From Chrysomallon squamiferum (Eukaryota > Animalia > Mollusca), in NCBI GenBank assembly GCA_012295275.1, contig CM022670.1:10478001-10542000 (forward strand): a DNA stretch of 64,000 nt. Reading direction: 5' to 3'. Each line of letters starts with the position of its first letter. Within the stretch, counting starts at the first letter, position 1. Shown here one piece after another: positions 55,862 to 64,000 of this stretch. A program made the translations under genes and the position numbers. Under the pieces are notes generated by a model that was given only the letters and a program-made list of their open reading frames with translations, had not been told where the DNA came from and searched no databases.

Positions 55862-58017
55862 ATTACAATCTCTTTTTTTTTCTCTCATTATCTATCTCAC
55901 TTTATCTTTTAATAATTTTGTTTTCATTTTCTTACTCTCTCACTTTATCTTTACAAAACATGATATGTTCAAAATAATTGCTAAAAATATTTCTAAGCAG
56001 TTAGGTGTCATTAAAAAAAACCTCCACATATTCAATGATTAAGATTAAAAACAAATAATAACAGTAATATATCGCTCAGCTGTTTTAATAAAGACCAATG
56101 AAAATTTTTTTAAAAATTGAGTATTTTCAAAATTAAATTAAATCTAAAAAAAAAAAAAAGAATAATCAAACATGAAATCTGTATCAGTTTATTTTTTCGT
56201 TTCTTTCTTATTGGGTTTTTTTTCTTATTTTCTTTGTTTCTCTTTTAAATCAGATTTGCTACAGCTAAGGAGTAGAAATAATTAATTGAATTTTTCTGTT
56301 CGTTTCGTATTTTTTCTCTCTTTCTCTCCTTCTTTGTTTTTATTTTGACATTACTTGAAGTTTCAGGGAACACATTTTATCATCTGCTTGATTACGACTG
56401 CCAATCACCTAGTCCTTGAGAGGAAATCGAAAATTTGGAGTCCCGAGTGCTTCAGTTAATTTTCTGTTTATCATTGCTTCTAATTAAATACGTTTCTTTC
56501 TGGCCTCGCCAAATTCAATTAGAATCCGTGTGTTTATTTTCGGTGTCGTATTTTTACTAAGAAAACTGTGGGTGAAAAAATTTGGACGTATCTGCACTCA
56601 ATGATGAGCGATGATCCTGAAATAAAAAGATAAAAAAAATAATAATAATAAAAAGATTAATCCTGTTTTGTGTATCTTGAAAACTATCTGATCGCAGAGC
56701 TGATCTAATCCTTGTGTCTCCAGTTCTGGTTCAGCGTTTGTAATGTTCTAAGTACGATAGAAATCTTGCATGAAGAATATGTTTTACGTCGAGATTTGAA
56801 TTTTTAATATCAGTTGGTTATTTATCATCATCTCCTCTTACTTCCCACTGTTATTAAGTTAAGAAGTTAGTTATTATTAGACCGATAGCCAGTTGCCTAA
56901 ATGTGTGCATGCATATACACGCCCATGCACACACACACACAGACAAATACATACACACTGACCTTGGATTAATGATTAAATTGTTAGCTTGAACAATGAT
57001 AGGTTGCAAGATCATGCCCATTGTCTTCTTCCACTTTAGATGAACAACAACTTGTTTCCTGTATGCACATAAAATATTACTTGCTCTAAATAGATTAAAG
57101 TATTCGCTGACTAAAAGACAATGTATTTCCCTCTCGTGGAGTTATATAATCATTAGTATAAAAAATGTAAAACATAGATTCATATGTTAACATTAATTCA
57201 TCCTCGTTTTAATTTTATAAACTTTTCTTTGCATTCTTTCTGTTTTCTTTCTTTTTATATATTTTTTGTACAGTTTTTTAATATTTCATTTCACCCATAC
57301 ATATTAACTGACATATATATTCATCCACACATACACATACACGTATACGCAGACTCCCTCATACACACATACACACGTAATGATATAGAGGGGTAAATAA
57401 AAAGATTATTCCATTTCAGTAACAAATTCCCAGGAGCACTGAAAAAAATATAGGTCAGAGAAACTATTTGATTTCTTTAAAAAAAAAAAGATACTAACTA
57501 CACAATTACTAACAGCAAACACAATTATTATTATTAATTTTTGTCGAGAAAATGTCAGTCGAATAGTCTAGGAAACACGGGAGATATAAACAATAATTCG
57601 TTAAATACATTTAAAATAAATATTCTAAAATGCTGTCAGTCATGTGAGATGGGTAAAAAAGGGAAATGGAAAAAGAAATGATTTAGCACTAATAAAATTC
57701 ATATTCTTGTTTGTACATGAATGATTAATTGTAATTCAATTTTTTGGCGAGTGTGTAGTGTATATTCTAATCAACTGTCTTATTGTGAGATTGTTTTTTT
57801 TTTTGTCCTAAACCGTTAATTCAAATAAATATTATCTTACATACATACATACACATACCCATACACTTTTATATGTATCTATGCATCTACGTGTATATAT
57901 TATCTATGAATATAGGTGTATATATCTATGTATGTATGTGTATATGTGGAGCATTTCATTATGTATTAGTATATATGTATGCTTTTCTGTGTGTGCGCGT
58001 CTGTGTGTGTGTGTCTG

Positions 58018-58170
58018 TGTGGGGGTGTGGGGGTGTATGTGTCTATGTGTGTGTGGGGGGGTGTGGGGGTGTATGTGTCTATGTGTGTGTGTGTGTGTGT
58101 GTGTTTGGGTGGGTGTGGGTGTGTGTTTGGGTGGGTGTGGGTGTGTGTTTGGGTGGGTGTGGGTGTGTGT
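58018..58170 (+). repeat. G-rich GT minisatellite (~35 bp x2, then 22 bp x3)
   Basis: gggggtgtgggggtgtatgtgtctatgtgtgtgt occurs twice; tttgggtgggtgtgggtgtgtg occurs at 58104, 58126 and 58148. Confidence 0.9.
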
Positions 58171-58758
58171 TAGCATGAGTTGAATGTTTTCATGGAATGA
58201 TGGCCTTGAGAAAGAAAAATAACGTAAATACTTTCACACATCATAGATAAACAGTTTACATTACAATGAATCATTCGCGTGCGGACGAGAATATGATTTC
58301 TCTCAATTTACTAGAAATAAAAGAAGTTTTCCCTGAAATCTATTCCATCGTGAGTTGTTTTGTCGTCTCTGTCGATATGCATTGCAGTCTGAAAGTCAGG
58401 TAATTGTGTCCGATTCTTGTCCTTGACTTCAACATGAGAGTTACCTCCCCATTATGCTTTTTTACAGAAACATTTTATGAATGTAAAGCTTGTTATGTTA
58501 TGGATGTCGCTTGTCGTTTCTTTTGATGTAGTAGTAGTTGCTGTTCAACGGGAGCATAAGTCTAAGTGTGGATAATGGTAATAGTAGCAATGCTAGTAAT
58601 GGTAGTAGTAGTAATAATAACAGTTCAGAAGGTGTAGCAATAGGTGGAGTGGTAGAAACAGTAGTAGTAGTAGTAGTTGTTGTTGTTGTTGAAATCATTA
58701 ATATCTCTGTATGCCTGTCTCTGTCTTTCTGTGTTCTGTCTGTCTGTCTGTATGTATG

Positions 58759-58880
<122 letters not shown>

Positions 58881-59657
58881 GAAAAATATTTTTAGTCAAA
58901 AACAATTTGTTATAAAATTAAATAAAATATATTGCAACACATTAAGTCTCTGTGTTTGTTTTTCCTTCCTACATTTTTATTCTTTTTCCAAGACATTATG
59001 TCATTTTAATACGTAAACATAATTTGACAAGAAAGTAAAAAAAACAAAAAAAACAAAAAAAAAACGTAGCCATATTGTTTGTTTTTTTCTTTTGTCAGTC
59101 AGCTGAAGTGAAACTTCTGGTCGTGCGTTCTTCATCCATAAAACTTAAACATCATTAAATTATTCCAGTGCGTAATGAAATGGTTTTAAAACAAGATTAA
59201 TATCGATTATTAATTCTGATTTAATATGCCATGAAGCAACATCCACCTCGAGAAACTCAATTACTTTCAGATGTAAAAAGGTGATAAAAATAAATTGAAA
59301 TCCTTGGATAACGCCTATAATCGTATAAACAAAATTTCACCTCGGTAACAGTTTCAGCTGTAAAATGGTGACAAAAAGAAAAATCTCGGAATATTAATGA
59401 AATAAATAAAATTTAATTGCGCCATGAATTTTATGTTCCCGACGTCGAAGATTTTGCTTTCGTCGCTATTTTTGTTTTTTGTTCTTTTAATTGCTATAAA
59501 TTGTTGTTTTAGTACTTACTCTATTATTTGCTACTATTATTTGCATAATTGTATAATTATAATTTGGAGATTGTTATTATTGCTTCTACTATTATTTATT
59601 TACTTATCTATTAATTCATTCATTTTATTTATTTATTTTATTTTATTTATTTATTTA

Positions 59658-59790
59658 TTTGTTTGTTTGTTTGTTTGTTTGTTTGTTTGTTTGTTTGTTT
59701 GTTTGTTTGTTTGTTTGTTTGTTTGTTTGTTTGTTTGTTTGTTTGTTTGTTTGTTTGTTTGTTTGTTTGTTTGTTTATTTATTTATTTAT
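59658..59790. repeat. (TTTG)n microsatellite flanked by (TTTA)n
   Basis: Read directly; source of the FVCL ORFs. Confidence 0.97.
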
Positions 59791-61652
59791 GTTTGCTGGC
59801 ATTTTTTCAAACCAATCTATTTCTTTGTCTTTTGTCTTTTCTCTTCTTTTTCTTTTCTTTTTTTTACGTATTTAGTTTATGAAAAATTGCGTCCTGGAGG
59901 GCTGTGAATTGGTTGCCCGCCAGAAGCAGATGTCAGCCGCAGACAGCGTTTCATGACGCTGAACGGGGATCGTTTAAATGACCCCTTGACCTTCAGAAAA
60001 CTTCGAATCTGTGTCTTGAACTTATCTGGAATCGATGGCATCTAATAATGACTTGATTTTCCAATCCAGTGAAGGGCAGAATAAACGCCGAATTGGATCT
60101 TGTCCTAGGGGAATGTGTTTGGTGACGCTCCAAGCGAATTTGATGACTTTCCATGGCAGACTGAAGTAAATAATGACCAAAGAAAATTGCGTTAAGCCGA
60201 ATGCACCATGTCATTGGGTGAACAAAAGCGTCGTTCATCACCTTTCGAGGAAACCGGCCTTCAAAATGTCGATACATCCTCCACTTCATTTGCGCCCTCG
60301 TGATGGAATTACCTAACTCATTATTCACAGAAAATATTCAACCGCGCGCTGGCATTTCCATTTGACAAACTGTTTGTCGTGTTTCGTAACGGTATTCATT
60401 CTGCATCAATTCAAATTTTAAACGTCTTAAATAACGACACGAGTCTTCACAGATATATTGGCAATTTAGGCATCAGAGGAAAAATGTACGCCGGCGATCG
60501 GGAAGGATTTTGAAAATTTATTTCAAATTCATTCGGGAATTTGGTTATCGTGTTTGAGACGTGGCCCAAGAGGCTCGTACTAAAGAAAGTATTATTAAAA
60601 ACCTCTCAGTATTACTTGTTTGTTATTTTTCTCGAAATTATTGATGAAAAGGCTGCTGTCGATTGCAAAATAACAATGATTTGTCCTGGCACTGCAGAAT
60701 AGTGATTAATGTTTGATCATTTACAGATCCCTTCCGGTTTTCTTCTCTTAAATATCCGAGTTTAAGATGAGGGAAATGGAACTTTGTGGTTTGTTTTTGT
60801 TTTATTGGGGTTGTTTGTTTGTTTGTGGGGTTTTTTTTACATATTATTTTCTTAATTTTCATCTCTTTTTTTTTTTTGTGAATTTATAAACAGAATCTGA
60901 CAACTATCAAACTATTTCGATCATGAGTGAAAAAAAAAATGTCTTTATTAAACCATTTTCCTTCATAGCCGATATATTTTCTTTCTTTTTTTTTGGTTAT
61001 TATTATTATTATTATTACTAGCAGTAGTAGTTGTAGTAGTAATAGTAGTAGTAGTACTAGTAGTAACGATCTTTCTTAAACATAAATTATTTATTATTTG
61101 AACACAGCTGGTTTTTTGTTTTGTTTTTTCTTTTTCTTTTTTTAAACTGTGTCTGGTTGCTTTCCTATTGTTTTTCTTTAGATGTTTCTTTTATTTTATT
61201 TTACTTTTTCGTTTTTTCTTTATTTATATATTTGTTCTTCTGTTTGTTTTGTTCGGGTTTCCTAGTGTTTTTCTTTAGATTTTTATTTTATTTTATTTTA
61301 CGTTTTCGTTTTATTCTTTATTTATGTATTCGTTCTTCTGTTTGTTTTGTTTTGTTTTTTGTGTGCGTGAGGTATTATTGGTCGCCTTTGTGAAGACATG
61401 AAAGTAAATCTCTTTATTTTTAGTTATATTTACCACATGAGATTCAGGTCAGATGCAGGTAGGTGGCTTCATAATCTCCTCTGAAAAACAAATTAATTAA
61501 AAATGTTCAAATTGTAATAAACAGTAATAAATACAACAAGCAGTATACTTACTAATTCCAGAATCTGACTTGTTTGAAGAAGAAACCAAAAGATTTATTC
61601 ATGGTATTTGAATAGTGTACAGAAAAAAAAATTAACGAATTATTCAAAAATC

Positions 61653-62140
61653 ACTTCCATTTAACTTGTAAACAGAACTCACTGAACTAAATCTTATATC
61701 GATTACTTCCATTTAACTTGTAAACAAAACTCACTGAACTACTTCCATTTAACATGTAAACAGAACTCACTGAACTAAATCTCACATTGATTACTTCCAT
61801 TTAAAATGTAAACAAAACTCACTGAACTAAATTTCACATTGATTACTTCCATTTAACTTTTAAACTGAAATCACTGAATTAAATATCACATTGATTACTT
61901 CCATTTAACTTTTAAACTGAACTCACTGAACTAAATCTCACACTGATTACTTCCAATTAACTTATAAACTGAACTCAGTGAAATACTTCCATTTAACACG
62001 TAAACAGAACTCACTGAACTAAAATGTTACACCTTACATTGATTACTGAAATAAATCTTTTATTGATTACATCCATTTAAATTGTAAACTGAACTAAATG
62101 TTACCTTACATTGATTACTTCCATTTAAACTGCAAACTAA
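61653..62140. repeat. Minisatellite, 52 bp unit, ~9-10 copies, some truncated
   Basis: Consensus acttccatttaacttgtaaacagaactcactgaactaaatctcacattgatt. Copies become more diverged toward the 3' end. Confidence 0.95.
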
Positions 62141-63252
62141 CAGTTAACGTATTACTTACTGCCCGCTGCTTTGAACTTTGCAGTCTGAAAAAATCGCACA
62201 TATTAAAATATATTTACTTATACTGGAATACATTTTTAAAAAAAAAAAACAAATCAGTGACAAATTAGTGAAAGATTAGGTTCTAAAAAACTAACTCTTC
62301 AGATAGCCAGCTGAATCTGTCCTATGTCATTAATTATTAGTTATTTTAATATGTCACCTTAACTTTTCTTATGTTCTGTCGAAGTTCCTCCATTTTAACT
62401 TCAGGGTCCTGTGTTTGGCCAGCAGGAGCATTAGCGTCAGTTCCAGATTCAGATGTCTGAAACATCATAGTTTAATCTGATATAATATTTTGTAATAATT
62501 TTTATTTATTATCTGAACCTGCATATCAAAAACAAACAAAAAATAAAAATAAATAAATAACATCCATATGTGTGTATTAATATTTTTATCACTTAAATAA
62601 GCTTTACGTTAAAATAAAATACAATTTAAAAAATATGATAATATTCTGCTACTATATTTTATTTTATTTTATTTTTTTCTTGTTGTTTTTTGCGGGGGTT
62701 TGGGGGTGGTCAGTCTTGATTTTTTGGAGTTGTTTCTTTTTTCAGTCTTGCCAGTAATATGCATTCAAGCAAAGAAATCTTCATATGAGAAACACGGTGA
62801 TCTCTGCTAAAAATGCTTAACTGGTCATCCTGAAATAATTAAACTTCCATACGTAATGATATTATACAGGACGCACATATATTTATCATTAAATTTGATT
62901 CCGAATTGAGGTAATGTTCGAAAACATATACTTGCATTTCTGGGTAACCACAGGATAACTGTATATTTAATACAATTATTTAAAAATGTATAAGATGTTT
63001 TGGTTATGATTATCAGTCTGCAAAATAAATATTTTTAGAAAAGCAACAGTTATTCATAATGAAATATTGTTTAAATTATCAAAGCAAATTACGTTTAATT
63101 TATGTCAGATTTATTTATGTCAGATATATATATAAAACTATGCTATATTTTAATACCTTATTCACGTAGTTATTATAAATATCTTATTTTATTATAAAAA
63201 AATATATATTTTTTGTATTGACTTTTATTTTTTTATTATGATTATTTGTTAG

Positions 63253-63311
<59 letters not shown>

Positions 63312-64000
63312 AATTAAACGCACATGACCAATTTCTTGTTATTAAATTTCTCAAAACGTGCTAGACCAAAATTCCATCTGTTCAGTAATATATATGTCAT
63401 GTGGACTTCAAGTTTGAACGTTCCTGTCAATATACTTCATTTTCGTACAAGACGGCGGAATCGAAAATAATCATAATCTTGGCTACCGGTCAATTTATTA
63501 AAAGACCTCTAACACGAAATAACCGGTCAACACCGGATCAGTCGTCTGCTTCTGCTGTCATCGATTACTCCGCTGCACGTGATACACCGGGACGCTGGCA
63601 TTACTTTCACCCGACCTTTGACCTGCACGGGATCTTATTAATGGCATCAATTTTTGGCTGTCATCTGACTGCTGCGATAGGGTAAATATCAGATCTGTCT
63701 ATCAGACCGTACAGTGAGTGACACGTTTTTCGGTCTAAGTCGTTTTAATAAGTCTTAATATCCTCCAGATATAACTATCGCCCGCTCGTTGGCTCTGACG
63801 GACAAAATGAACGCCATTTGCCCAGAAGGAAAATGGAAATCTCGTTAGGAGCCCGTTCCGAAACTGGCATGTTCAGCACATTTATCGAATGAGCCATCTG
63901 CTGTGTTTTCTAACATTTCATGTGTTTCTTCCAGCTTTCAGATGTTCTGTCAGATTAGTCCGTTGATACCCAGTTCGATACGTAGAGCTGGAAAAGTCTG

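Noticed and set aside
61099-61112. tgaacacagctggt resembles the 5' part of miR-317; partial let-7, miR-137 and miR-7-like words also occur near 20567, 13466 and in the 24 kb repeat
   Set aside because: Each match covers only part of the mature sequence and there is no complementary hairpin arm; likely chance.

Overview
This is 64 kb of very AT-rich, microsatellite-dense eukaryotic non-coding DNA, either intronic or a gene desert. It looks like an invertebrate animal genome, possibly a mollusc, but the taxon cannot be fixed from sequence alone. I found no convincing protein-coding gene, RNA gene, CRISPR array or intact transposon. Almost all tracked ORFs are translations of simple repeats. The real structure is an alternation of low-complexity spacers with roughly 30 short islands (0.2-1.3 kb) of unique, CpG-retaining sequence that look like cis-regulatory modules. 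Several islands carry strong motifs: four near-perfect RFX X-boxes, an ETS-CRE/CRE/TATA-like/Inr/splice-donor string at about 32.7 kb, NRF1, YY1, and nuclear-receptor DR1/DR2 sites. There are also several minisatellites, one with a dimeric higher-order structure. I cannot support a new biological system here; the best leads are regulatory and inferential.
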